A DNA stretch of 64,000 nucleotides from Lytechinus pictus. Taxonomy: Eukaryota. The stretch spans positions 30,878,001 through 30,942,000 of the forward strand of contig NC_087251.1 of NCBI RefSeq assembly GCF_037042905.1, in the 5' to 3' direction. The position numbers and the translations under genes are program-made. Each line of letters opens with the position of its first letter. Position 1 is the stretch's first letter. The notes beneath the pieces were generated by a model, which did no database searches, had not been told where the DNA came from, and saw only the letters and a list, made by a program, of their open reading frames with translations. Shown here piece by piece: positions 28,668 to 40,019 of this stretch.

Positions 28668-30437
28668 GAAGAGTTTAGTTGCAAAAGGGGTTAGGTCCAC
28701 TTTGGACCATTCCGAGAAAAACCATGTTTTTTATTCTCACTTATTGCAATAGTCTTATGAGAAACTAAATTGTCATGATGTACTACCCTATCATGTGAAC
28801 ATAAAATTGGGTATAAAAGAAATCTACCTGTCTTCAATTTTTTTCTATATATCTTTAAAAAAATTATCATTGTGGACCTAACCCCTTTTGCAACTAAACT
28901 GAAATTAATCCAATCTCTTTTCATAAGGTTCATAAGGTAGTATTTATTGTCCAGATAAATAAATAAGTGGAAATTTGCATTTTTACATGGTATTGAACAT
29001 ACATAACATAGCATAGAAAATGAACATATTTACAGAAAATCGAACAATCACATATAGTCAATTATGATATACACGTGCAAATACTACCCACTGGGTAGCA
29101 TTTGAAAAAAATACTGTTATTGATATTAAAATTAAGATTGAAATGGAAATCTGAACTGAAAGTTAGATATCGGATATTGAATTGAAATTGCATTAGAATT
29201 GTAATAAATCAGTACTATAAATCTTCACAGCATTGTCCACTTGTAATTGTTATTGTTATCAGTATTTACATATTATTTTTATTTTCAATATTGTTGTTTT
29301 AAAGAATTAACATCAACTACCCGACAAGGTAAATTTACATTATTGGGCATATCATTATTCTTATACAATCCCTTCCTCATTCAGCATTCGGATTGAGCTT
29401 GGCACGATCGAATGAGTTTAAGAACCTATTTGTTCGACAACGTGCCGACCGTAGTCTATTATCAGATCTCATCCTTTCGTAGTTTACATTCAATGGGTGA
29501 TCATTATTGTATAGTATCTCTTTTGCCTTTTCAAGTATTCTGTTTCGGCATACATCAGTGAGGTTAAGGTCGGGTCCTGTTATTTTTTCTGCTTGTCTGA
29601 CCATTCTACTTAGTATATTCAGATCTTTTTTGCGCCAGCTTGTGAACCAAACCACACAATCAAATATGAGGATGCTTTCAATAAGTGATCTATAGAATAA
29701 AACCATTATGGTGCGGTCAACATGGAATGACTTCAATTTTCTTATGAAATACATCCGTTGTATTGCCTTCTTGTAAATTGAATTGCATTGATCTCCCCAT
29801 TTTAATCCATCGTCAATAATGGTACCTAAGTATTTGAACTTATGAACTATTTCAATTTCCTCTTCATTGATTAAAATTGTGATTTTTCTTTGCCACTTTC
29901 ACTCACGTTTTCATTTGAATTTCAAATTTTCTTTCGTATCATCAGAGTGACTAAAAATTTAGAGGTTTAGAGACAGAAAACAATAAAATTTATAAAAAAT
30001 GGACCTAACCCATTTTGACAAATGAGTTCTTCAGAAGAGTTTTGTTGCAAAAGGGGTTAGGTCCACTCCAAGAAAATAATTTTTTTAATTCTCCCAGATT
30101 GCAATATTTTTATGCGAAACTGAATTTTCATGATACCCTTCCATGAGAACATTAAATTGGGTATAAAAGAAATCTACCTGTCTTCATATATTTTATGATA
30201 TACTTTTCCAAAAAAATTCTGTTTGGACCTAACCCCTTTTGCAACTAAACTGAAATGGACCTAAACCCTTTTTAAAAAAAAAAGTGGCTTTTGTTTGCCA
30301 TTTTAGTTCACTTTTTAATAGGAATTTCAACTTTTCTTTGGTATCATCTCATAGAGCTACTAAAAATCTATACATTGAGACATAAAAATCAAATTTGATG
30401 AAAAATGGACCTAACCCCTTTTGCAAGTGAGCTCTTC
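28668..30437 (-). mobile_element. Dimeric Sola-like element, copy B (inverted relative to copy A, LINE-interrupted)
   Basis: Reverse-complement match to 25638-26460 with its own 4-bp TSD ATTT (28664-28667, 30438-30441). Confidence 0.7.
28922..29866 (-). mobile_element. 5'-truncated non-LTR retrotransposon (Rex1/Babar- or CR1-group-like RT C-terminus plus 3' UTR)
   Basis: Translation EIEIVHKFKYLGTIIDDGLKW...KKAIQRMYFIRKLKSF...FYRSLIESILIFDCVVWF...RCRTNRFLNSF. Interrupts copy B at a site that is contiguous in copy A. Short CCTTATG(A) repeated tail. Confidence 0.85.
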
Positions 30438-30641
30438 ATTTATTAATCTAATAAGCCTAATGAGTGCGTGAAATCTGTTGACAGTGCATGAGGCCTGAAA
30501 AACTGGATATTTTATATTTTTTGTAATCATGAACAGCATTCATGGGTTGATACATTTATAGCAAATAATGCGAGCGCAAATCGCGATCCGAAATTTTTAA
30601 ATGGGGGGAATTCAAGTAGTTTGTTACAGAATATATAGGTA

Positions 30642-33600
30642 CAGTGACGTACCGTGGGTCACGGCATTGGGGGGGGGGCACCACCACAAATTTGGTGTCA
30701 CTTAGGGACCGCGCTCAGTTGCCAGGTATGCTGACCTAATAGAGAAATTTTAAGGACATGCAATGCCATTAAACGGATAAGTATGTCACTGATTAAATAA
30801 TGCGATCGCGAAGCGCGAGCTGAAAATTTTTGATATTCAGACCAAAAAGAGACATTATAAGCAAATTGTTTGTAATCGTGATACGTACCTGTCTCGCTAA
30901 ACAAACAATGCGAGCGCGAAGCGCGAGCTGAAATTTTTGTATATATTGACCCCAAACAGGGACATTTTAAGGACTTTATTTTAGGTATCCATTAAGAGTA
31001 TAAATATCTCAGCATAGTCATCTAATGATAGTGGCATCCTTTGCTGATTTTGTTAGAATTACATCTAAACATATGAAGCACTTTTTGTTGTCATAGTAAT
31101 CATGATTATCATATGCATCTCACTAATCAAATACTGCGAGCGCGAAGCGCGAGCTGAAAATTTATGAAATTCAGACCTGAAGAGGGGCATTCTAAGGCTT
31201 GTTTGTAGGAATTCACTAAGTCCTTACGTATTTCACTAACCAAATGATGCGAGCGCGAAGCGCGAGCTAAAAACTTTTGATATTCAGATCAGAAAAATTG
31301 ACATTTTAAGAACTGATTTTAGGAATTCATGAAGAGCAGACATCTCACCAATCGGCTCGGTGTAAAAATGGCAGAGGCAATAATGGCAGAGGTAAAAATG
31401 GCAGAGGTAAAAATGGCAGAGGTAAAAATGGCAGATGTAAAAATAGCAGAGGTAAAAATGGCAGAGGTAATAATGGCAGAGGTAAAAATGACAGAGGTAA
31501 AAATGGCAGAGGTAAAAATGGCAGAGGTAAAAATGGCAGAGGCAAAAATGGCAGAAGTGAAAATGGCAGAGGTAATAATGGCAGAGGTAAAAATGGCAGA
31601 GGTAAAAAAAATGGCAGAGGTAAAAATGGTAGAGGTAAAAATGGCAGATGTAAAAATGGCAGAGGTAATAATGGCAGAGGTAAAATGGCAGGGGTTATAA
31701 TGGGAGAGGTAAAAATGACAGCTCTAGGTAAAATATGGCCAGTCTTAAACCCCCATGCAATGAATTGTCAAAAAGCCCCCGCATGTACATACATTAAATA
31801 AGAAGTGCATGTCACGGTTAGGCATTTCATCATCATTATGTCTTCATCGGCCTAACAATGCTATTTACGAATTCGTTGGAGGTGTACCGTGAACGCTTTT
31901 TAAAAAGAAATCAAACGACAGATTTTTTTTCATTCAATTTATCAGGAGCAAAATGAAACTGCACTATTCTCATTCATCATTTCATAACATTCCTTTTTGT
32001 CTGGCTGGTTTCTTTATATCTTTTTCTTATGCCTATTATTGCCATTGTTGTAAGTTGTTATATTTCTTCTATGCCCCCAGGAGGGGCCGTCAAAGAAATA
32101 AAATCATTGTCATTGTCATTGTCATTGCCAGGTTTACCGATGCAAAAAGGAGGAAGAGTAGACATAAGAGAGGTGGAGAGACAGAGTGGGTTACGGGGGC
32201 GGGGAACAACATAGAGAACATAGCGGGGAAAGCTTAGACCTTGAAATTGTCACGAATGATTGTGGTTAAATATTATGTCCTTATTTGTAATGTCGTCTGT
32301 ACTATTCTTTTTAAATATTTGAATGACAATAAGCATGCGTTCCCAGGCTTGGCACTGAATATGTAACTGATTATGAAAATCAATAATAATCCTGTTTTGA
32401 ATGGTAAACCAATTTGGGGTCGATCGAGGGGGACCGTCTGGTTCAGATTCTTTGCATAAAAGAAGACCCTGAACCTTAACCACTGCATCCAATATGATAT
32501 AAACGCCTTGATGGTCATAACCCTTGGAAGCGGAAGTACTGTTGGGTATTTTGTACACCATAAGCAGCACCCTCTTGGTAATTAGCTTGGTATGCTAAAA
32601 TGTAGAGATTTGATACAAATCTGTTATTTTTCAAACATAAAAAAAAAACATTGTTTATTATCTAATTGTTATTATTTTTGTTGTAATTCGTTTTCTGACC
32701 TAAAAGAACTTCATTTAGTTGAAATAATTTTTGTGTAATTTTCCCCCTTAACCAAATCCCCTTTCATTTTGGATTGAAAACTTTTTTTTCTCGGCTTTTT
32801 AACAAACCGGTACCCCATTTTTCAATAACTTTTCAAAAGTAAGTGGTGCTCACTCAAGCGGAAATATTTTTCGACAGTTATATCGTCATTTGTTTAAATG
32901 GATCTGTACCAATATTAAAATGTGGAAAAATCTTCAGGATTTTACATGCGGGGGCATTTTGACAATTCATTGCATGGGGGTTTAAGACTGACCATATTTT
33001 ACCTAGAGCTGTCATTTTTACCTCTCCCATTATAACCCCTGCCATTTTACCTCTGCCATTATTACCTCTGCCATTTTTACCTTTGCCATTTTTACCTCTG
33101 CCATTTTTGCCTCTGCCATTTTTACCTCTGCCATTTTTACCTCTGCCATTATTACCTCTGCTATTTTTACTTCTGACATTTTTACCTCTGCCATTTTCAC
33201 CTCTGCCATTTTTACCTCTGCCATTTTTACCTCTGCCATTTTTACCTCTGCCATTTTTACCTCTGCCATTTTTACCTCTGCCATTATTACCTCTGCCATT
33301 TTTATTTCTGCCATTTTTACCTCTGCCATTTTCACCTCTGCCATTTTTACCTCTGCCATTTTTACCTGGCACCCACCAATCAACTAATGCGAACGTAAGC
33401 ATGGACAGGAAATGTTTTATATTAAGACCCTAAAATTGGGCAATCACTTTAAGTAGTCATGAAAAAGAAGCAAATGTCACTACATAAAACAATAATAACT
33501 CGAAATGTGAGGAAATATATTTGGTGTATATTGATTTGAAAACGGGAGGTTTTAGTACAACATGATTATACATCTCGTTAAACAGTCCACGCGAGCACCA

Positions 33601-33761
33601 GGAACAATGAAGACATAGGCCCTGAGCAAACTGTTTCATAAAGTCATGAACAAAATGCTTCTTATGTAAAATAATTATGATAAAATATAACATTATAATA
33701 AACAATAATTTTTTTTTTGGGGGGGACGTGTCCCCCATGCCCCCTGGTAGTTACACCACTG
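30642..33761. mobile_element. Nested hAT-like non-autonomous element
   Basis: CAGTGACGTAC ... GTTACACCACTG ends with 8-bp TSD TATAGGTA (30634-30641, 33762-33769). Confidence 0.75.
31354..33373. mobile_element. Foldback (TU-element-like) transposon with 15-bp tandem-repeat inverted arms
   Basis: ~430-bp inverted arms (31354-31787 and 32943-33373) built of (AAAATGGCAGAGGTA)n plus a non-repetitive inner domain. GG termini. 8-bp TSD CACCAATC. Confidence 0.85.
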
Positions 33762-33944
33762 TATAGGTATACAGAAATCACCAATCAAAATGCGAGCGCA
33801 CAGCGCTAGCTCATAGGCCTTCATTTTGACAATCAAGACACCTGAAAATGAATATTTTGAGAATCTTATAGGAAATACACAAAGATAATAGGTAGGCCAA
33901 CAACATTTTAAAGTTTCGCTTAATTTCACAAGTTATATTCAAAT

Positions 33945-34400
33945 CCTTGTCGGTATGCAAATGAGGAGACTGATGACATCACTCACTCACTACTTCTTTT
34001 TGTATTTTAGTATATGAAATATGAAATATTCCATTTTTCTCTGTTGTCGTGTGAAACAACGATTAATTCCTCCCTGAACATGAGCAATTAGCATTGTTTA
34101 ATACTAAATGGTTCAATCAAGTTGGTTCATATTGTAAAATCTGTAAAAAATGAAATATTGTAAAACTCTAACAATAAAAGCAAAGGAATTCGTGAGTGAG
34201 GGACATTATCGACTGTCTCATTTGCATGTCACTGAGTTGTGCATATCACTGTTTTGTGAAAAATAAGCAAAATTTTATAAATGTCATAATTTTCTTATTT
34301 TACATCCGATTTTGATGAAATTTTCAGCATAATGCTTGTTCGATTTTTCTCTATTTATTCAAATCAACATTTTTTTTTGGGGGGTGGACTTGTCCTTTAA
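33945..34400. mobile_element. Kolobok-like MITE, right half (degenerate relatives near 21495-22040 and 51530-52075)
   Basis: Ends GGGGTGGACTTGTCCTTTAA with internal ATGCAAATGAG / CTCATTTGCAT palindromic arms. Confidence 0.5.
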
Positions 34401-34999
34401 GAAATGAATGCGAGCGCGAAGCTTTTTCAGTTGTCAGATTAGAATATAAAATATTTTCAGCTTGTGCTTCTCGTTCGCATAAAAAAAAACCTGTGAGGTT
34501 GAGATGCGTATATAACTAAACAGTGATGCGAGCGCGTAGCGCGAGCTCAATTTTTTATATACTGACTTAAGAAGGACTCTTTTAAGGTATAATTCCTATT
34601 CTAAAAGTTTTTCCTTTTTCTCTTCGTCTTTTTTTTCTTTTTTTCCCCTTTTTTTTGTTGCGCCACCATGGGGGGGGGGGGCAAAAACTTTTCCCCCTGG
34701 ATCGGCCTATGTATATTGACTTGAAAAACACTAACATTTTAAGGACTTATGTACGTGTGATCGATGGAGAGGATACACACCTCACTAATCAAATATTGCG
34801 AGCGCGTAGCGCCAGCTGAATTTGATATTTACCCCTTTTCTGACCCTGAACAGGTTACCTATCTTGCAAAACAAACTTCAAACTCGAGCACATTGATTTT
34901 TGTCTATTATCGTAAGAACAGGATATTTTAAATCAGCCGCATTAATTTAACCTTTTTGGGCAGGAAATAAATTTCACTATAAACAGGCAATACGAGCAA

Positions 35000-37835
35000 T
35001 GTTGCGCCCCTGGTCGAACATGAATTTGCATGGAGCCCCCTAAGTTCAAGGTCAATTTAGCGCCCTCGGTTGAACATGATTTTGGCGCCATGTGAAATAT
35101 CACTTTGCCCTCCCCCTTCTGAAACATGTCGCCTTATGGTCAAACATCAAATTAGCGCTCCCCTAGTTCGAACATCAATTTGGCGCCCCGCTAGTTTGAA
35201 CATCAATTCGGCGCTCCCCTAGTTCGATCATCAATTTGGCGCCCCGCCCAGTTCAAACATCAATTTGGCGCCCCCATCTAGTTCGAAAATTAGTTCGCCC
35301 CCTCCCCCTTGTTCAAACATCAATTCGGCGCCCCATAGTTCGAACGTCATTTTGGCGCCGCCTAGTTCGAACATCAATTTGGCGCCCCCCTCGTTCGAAC
35401 ATCAATTTGGCGCCCCAAGTTCGAATAGCAATTCGGCGCCCCCTAGTTCGAACATCAATTTGGCGACCCTAGTTCGAATATTCAATCGGCGCCCCCCTAC
35501 GTCGAACATCTATTTGGCCTCCCTAGGTCGAACATCAATTTGGCGCCCCCAGTTGGAACATCAAATTGGCGCCCCTAGTTCGAATATCAATTCGGCGCGC
35601 CCTAGTTCAAACATCAATGTGGTGACCCTAGTTCGAACATCGATTCGGCGCCCCCCCCCCCCCCTAGTTCGAGTATCAATTCGGCGCCCCTACATGTAGG
35701 TCGATCATCAATTCGCCCCCCCCCTTCCCGTTCGAACATCAATTCGACCCCCAGTTCGAACATCATTTTGGCATCACTTCGAACTGAATTTGGTTTCCCT
35801 AGTTCGAAAATCATTTCGCCCCCTAGCTCGAGTATCAATTTGGCGCCCCCCTAGTTCGAACATCAATTCGGCGCCCCCCTAGTTTGAGTATCAGTTTGGC
35901 GCCCCCCTAGCTCGAACATCGATTCGCCCCTCCCCCCTAGTTCGAGTATCAATTTGGCGCCCCCAGTTCGAACATCATTTTAAAATCCCTTCGAACATCA
36001 TTTTGGCGCCCTCCTAGATCGAATATCAATTCGGCGCCCCAACATGTAGGTCCAACATCAATTTGGCGCCCCATAGTTCGAGTATCAATTTGGCGCACCC
36101 TAGTTCCAACATCAATTCTGAGCCCCCCTAGTTCGAGTATCAATTTGGCGTCCCCCTAGTTCGAACATCGATTCGGCCCCTCCCCCCCCCCCCTAGTTCG
36201 AGTATCAATTTGGCGCCCCCAGTTCGAACATCATTTCGACGTCCTCCTAATTCCGAATATCAATTTGGCGCCCCTACATGTAGGTCCAACATCAATTTGG
36301 CGCCTCTAGTTCGAATATAATTTCGGCCCCCCTAGCTCGAGTATCAATTTGGCGCCCCCTAGTTCCAACATCAATTCTGAGCCCCCCTAGTTCGAGTATC
36401 AATTTGGCGTCCCCCTAGTTCGAACATCGATTCGGCCCCCTCCCCCCCCCCTAGTTCGAGTATCAATTTGGCGCCCCCAGTTCGAACATCATTTTAACAT
36501 CCCTTCGAACATCATTTCGGCGCCCTCCTAGTTCGAATATCAATTCGGCGCCCCTACATGTAGGTCCAACATCAATTTGGCGCCCCTAGTTCGAATATCA
36601 TTTCGCCCCCCCCCCCTTGCTCGAGTATCAATTTGGCGCCCCCTAGTTCCAACATCAATTCTGAGCCCCCCTAGTTCGAGTATCAATTTGGCGTCCCCCT
36701 AGTTCGAACATCGATTTGGCGCCCCCTTCGTTCGAACATCAATTTGGCGCCCCAAGTTCGAATAGCAATTCGGCGCCCCCTAGTTCGAACATCAATTTGG
36801 CGACCCTAGTTCGAATATTCAATCGGCGCCCCCCTACGTCGAACATCTATTTGGCCTCCCTAGGTCGAACATCAATTTGGCGCCCCCAGTTGGAACATCA
36901 AATTGGCGCCCCTAGTTCGAATATCAATTCGGCGCCCCCTAGTTCAAACATCAATGTGGTGACCCTAGTTCGAACATCGATTCGGCGCCCCCTCCCTAGT
37001 TCGAGTATCAATTCGGCGCCCCTACATGTAGGTCGATCATCAATTCGCCCCCCCCCCCTTCCCATTCGAACATCAATTCGACCCCCAGTTCGAACATCAT
37101 TTTCGCATCCCTTCGAACTGAATTTGGTTTCCCTAGTTCGAAAATCATTTCGCCCCCTAGCTCGAGTATCAATTTGGCGCCCCCCTAGTTCGAACATCAA
37201 TTCGGCGCCCCCCTAGTTTGAGTATCAGTTTGGCGCCCCCCTAGCTCGAACATCGATTCGCCCCCTTCCCCCTAGTTCGAGTATCAATTTGGCGCCCCCA
37301 GTTCGAACATCATTTTAACATCCCTTCGAACATCATTTTGGCGCCCTCCTAGATCGAATATCAATTCGGCGCCCCTACATGTAGGTCCAACATCAATTTG
37401 GCGCCCCATAGTTCGAGTATCAATTTGGCGCACCCTAGTTCCAACATCAATTCTGAGCCCCCCTAGTTCGAGTATCAATTTGGCGTCCCCCTAGTTCGAA
37501 CATCATTTTAACATCCCTTCGAACATCATTTCGGCGTCCTCCTAATTCCGAATATCAATTCGGCGCCCCTACATGTAGGTCCAACATCAATTTGGCGCCT
37601 CTAGTTCGAATATAATTTCGGCCCCCCTAGCTCGAGTATCAATTTTGCGCCCCCTAGTTCCAACATCAATTCTGAGCCCCCCTAGTTCGAGTATCAATTT
37701 GGCGTCCCCCTAGTTCGAACATCGATTCGGCCCCCTCCCCCCCCCCCCCTAGTTCGAGTATCAATCTGGCGCCCCCAGTTCGAACATCATTTTGACATTC
37801 ATTCGAACATCATTTCGGCGCCCTTTTGGTTCGAA
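35000..37835. repeat. ~30-bp minisatellite, consensus CTAGTTCGAACATCAATTTGGCGCCCCC
   Basis: Continuous tandem units. A higher-order repeat of ~1.34 kb is shown by near-identical ORFs 35949-36143 and 37284-37478. Confidence 0.95.
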
Positions 37836-37839
37836 CATC

Positions 37840-38680
37840 ATTTTCTTTCCTCCTCTTCCTCTTTTTTTCTTCTCGTCCTTCCCCTCTTCCTCTCTCCTTT
37901 TCTTCTTTTCTTTCTCTCTTTTTTTTATCTTCTTTCCTCCCTCTTCCTCTCTCCTTTTTCTCCTTTTCTTTCCCCTCTTCCTCTTTTTTCTTCCCCCTCT
38001 CCCCCTCCCTTTTCTTCTCTTCCTTTCCCCTTTTCTTCCCCCTTCTCTATCTTTTTTCTCTTCTTTCTTCCCTTTTCCTCTCTCTCCTTTTTTGCCTTTT
38101 CCTTTCCCTTCTTCCTCTCTCTTCCCCCCCCTCTTCTTTCCCTGCTTCCTCTTTTTTCTTCCCCCTCCCCCTCCCTTTTTCTTCTCTTCCTTCCCCCTCT
38201 TCCTCTTTTTTCTCTTTCTTTCCCCTCTTCTCCTATTTTTTCTTCTTTTCTTTCCCCTCTTCTTTTTTCTTCTTTTCTTTCCCCTCTCTTTTTTCTTCTC
38301 TTCTTTCCTCCCTCTTCCTCTCTCTCCTTTTCTTTTCCCCTCTTCCTCTTTTTTCTTCCCCCTCTCCTTCCCCCTCCCTTTTCTTCTCTTCTTCTTTTTT
38401 CTCCTTTTCTCCTCTTTTTTCTCTCTCTCTTTTTCTTCTCTTCCTTTCCCCTCTTCCCCTCTCTCTCTTTTTTTTCTCCTTTTCCTTTCCCTCTCTTTTT
38501 CCTTCTCTTTCTTTCCCCTTTTCCTCTCCCTTTTCCTTCCCTTCCTTCCCCCTCTTCCCTTTTCTTCTTTTCTTTCCCCCCCTTTTCCTCTCTCTTTTTT
38601 CTTCCCTTCTTCCCCCTCTTGTTTTCTTCTTTTCTTTCCCCTCTTTTTTCTCTTTCTTTCCCTCTCTTCTTTTTTTTTGC
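37840..38680 (+). repeat. ~840-bp polypyrimidine (CT-rich) low-complexity tract
   Basis: Almost exclusively C/T on the plus strand. Confidence 0.95.
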
Positions 38681-38888
38681 CGAAGGGGGGGGGGGGGGGC
38701 CAAGGCCCCCTCGGCCCCCCCCATGGATCCGCGCCTGAATTAGCCATAAAAAATATCACATTATCAGAGGATTAAGCTTTACCTTTTTCTTAAGCGTATG
38801 TTAATACTTTGAACAAAAAGAATTTTGTTTTTGTATGCTGGGGCAGCGATCCTGGGGAGGGGGGGGGCACAGTTCCCCCTACTTCTTC

Positions 38889-39236
38889 GGAAGCGTCGTG
38901 GTGTAGCGGTTCTGACTCTCGCCTTGTAATCAGAGGGTCGTGTGTTCGAATCCCACCATGGCCTAGCGTCCTTTGGCAAGGCGTTAATCCACACTTTGCC
39001 ACTCTCCACCCAGGTGTTAAATGGGTACCCGGTAGGATGTGAAAGCCTATATGTAGTATGCCTAGCAATTGAGTCTTTGAACTCTTGTTGGAATGCTCCC
39101 CAGGGAGTGGAGAAGGTGCATACATTGTATGCGGGCATGCAAGGATCCGATGACCGGGGTAATAATATGTCTGTAAAGCGCTTAGAGACGTCGTTCCGAT
39201 GTGTTAAGCGCTATATAAATGCGGAATATTATTATT
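38889..39236 (+). mobile_element. Full-length tRNA-derived SINE
   Basis: GTGGTGTAGCGG box A, GTTCGAATCC box B, AAATGGGTACCCGG core, AAGCGCTATATAAAT...(ATT)n tail. Confidence 0.85.
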
Positions 39237-40019
39237 CTTTAAGCACTGAAAAGTGCCTTTTTATGCAAGAAAAATGCCCCCTCACGAACGTGTACTGTGT
39301 CCCTTTCACCTGACGAGAACCTGTTTTAGGTGTTACCAAGTGCTCTTCCTTAATTGTATGCAATTTTTTAACCCCAAAAAAGCCCCCCCCCCCTCCTGGA
39401 ACGTGTTCTGTGCCCTTTCATCTGAGGGCCCGTTTCATGTCTTAAAGAGTGCCCCCTCGCCTTCTTGTAAGTGCCCTTTCTCGAATCACTGCCCCCTTTT
39501 ACCCAAGAAAAGTGCTCCTAAAGAACTTGTTCTGTGCCCCTTTCACCTGAGAAGGACCCGTTTTATGGCCACCATGACGATTGCCCTTTGAAACAAGAAA
39601 ACAATATTCTCATTTCGATAATATACTTATGAAGGAAATCCTTTGTGCATTAAGTTTAATAATTCATGAGTGGGGGTATATAAGCAGTTTCGTACAGATG
39701 GAGGGGGGGGGGCTTGAAGGACTCTTGCCCCCCCCCAAAAAAAAAAAAAAAAGAGAAAAGGGTGAAATATATCATTCTGAATATTTTAGATTTTCTTTTT
39801 TAAAATGTCAAAATTTTGCTCGCTCGCAACGTCTTAAAAATTTCACGTAATACAGCATTTTCCCTATGCCCCCCCCCCCCACTTTCAACTTCACTCCACC
39901 GCTCCTATTTGTATGTTTATAGCTTCTCCTTTTGCAACCAGTTTTAATGAAAATCAACAAGAAATTTCATACGTCATGAATTTGGGGTTGTGATAATAAT
40001 TTTTTTCTTGTTGAAAAAT

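Larger units (their letters stand above)
26983..38737. mobile_element. 11.75-kb composite hAT-like non-autonomous element with nested insertions
   Basis: TIRs CAGGCGCGGATCCA / TGGATCCGCGCCTG with 8-bp TSD AATTAGCC at 26975-26982 and 38738-38745. Recurrent GCGAGCGCGAAGCGCGAGC motifs inside. Confidence 0.8.

Noticed and set aside
25638..30437. Single element with ~820-bp TIRs
   Set aside because: Each arm has its own distinct TSD, and the outer hAT-like element starts between them.
31329..33433. ORFs with MAEVK, KNGRG or LPLPF pentapeptide repeats
   Set aside because: Translations of the 15-bp tandem repeats in the foldback arms.
35236..37478. Pro/Ser/Arg-rich ORFs
   Set aside because: Translations of the 30-bp minisatellite.
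37761..38775. Long ORFs of 163-332 aa on both strands
   Set aside because: By-products of the C/T tract, which lacks stop codons. No domain content.
38895..38970. tRNA-like sequence (also at the heads of the other SINE copies)
   Set aside because: Runs directly into a SINE core and tail, and sister copies have TSDs. These are SINE heads, not tRNA genes.
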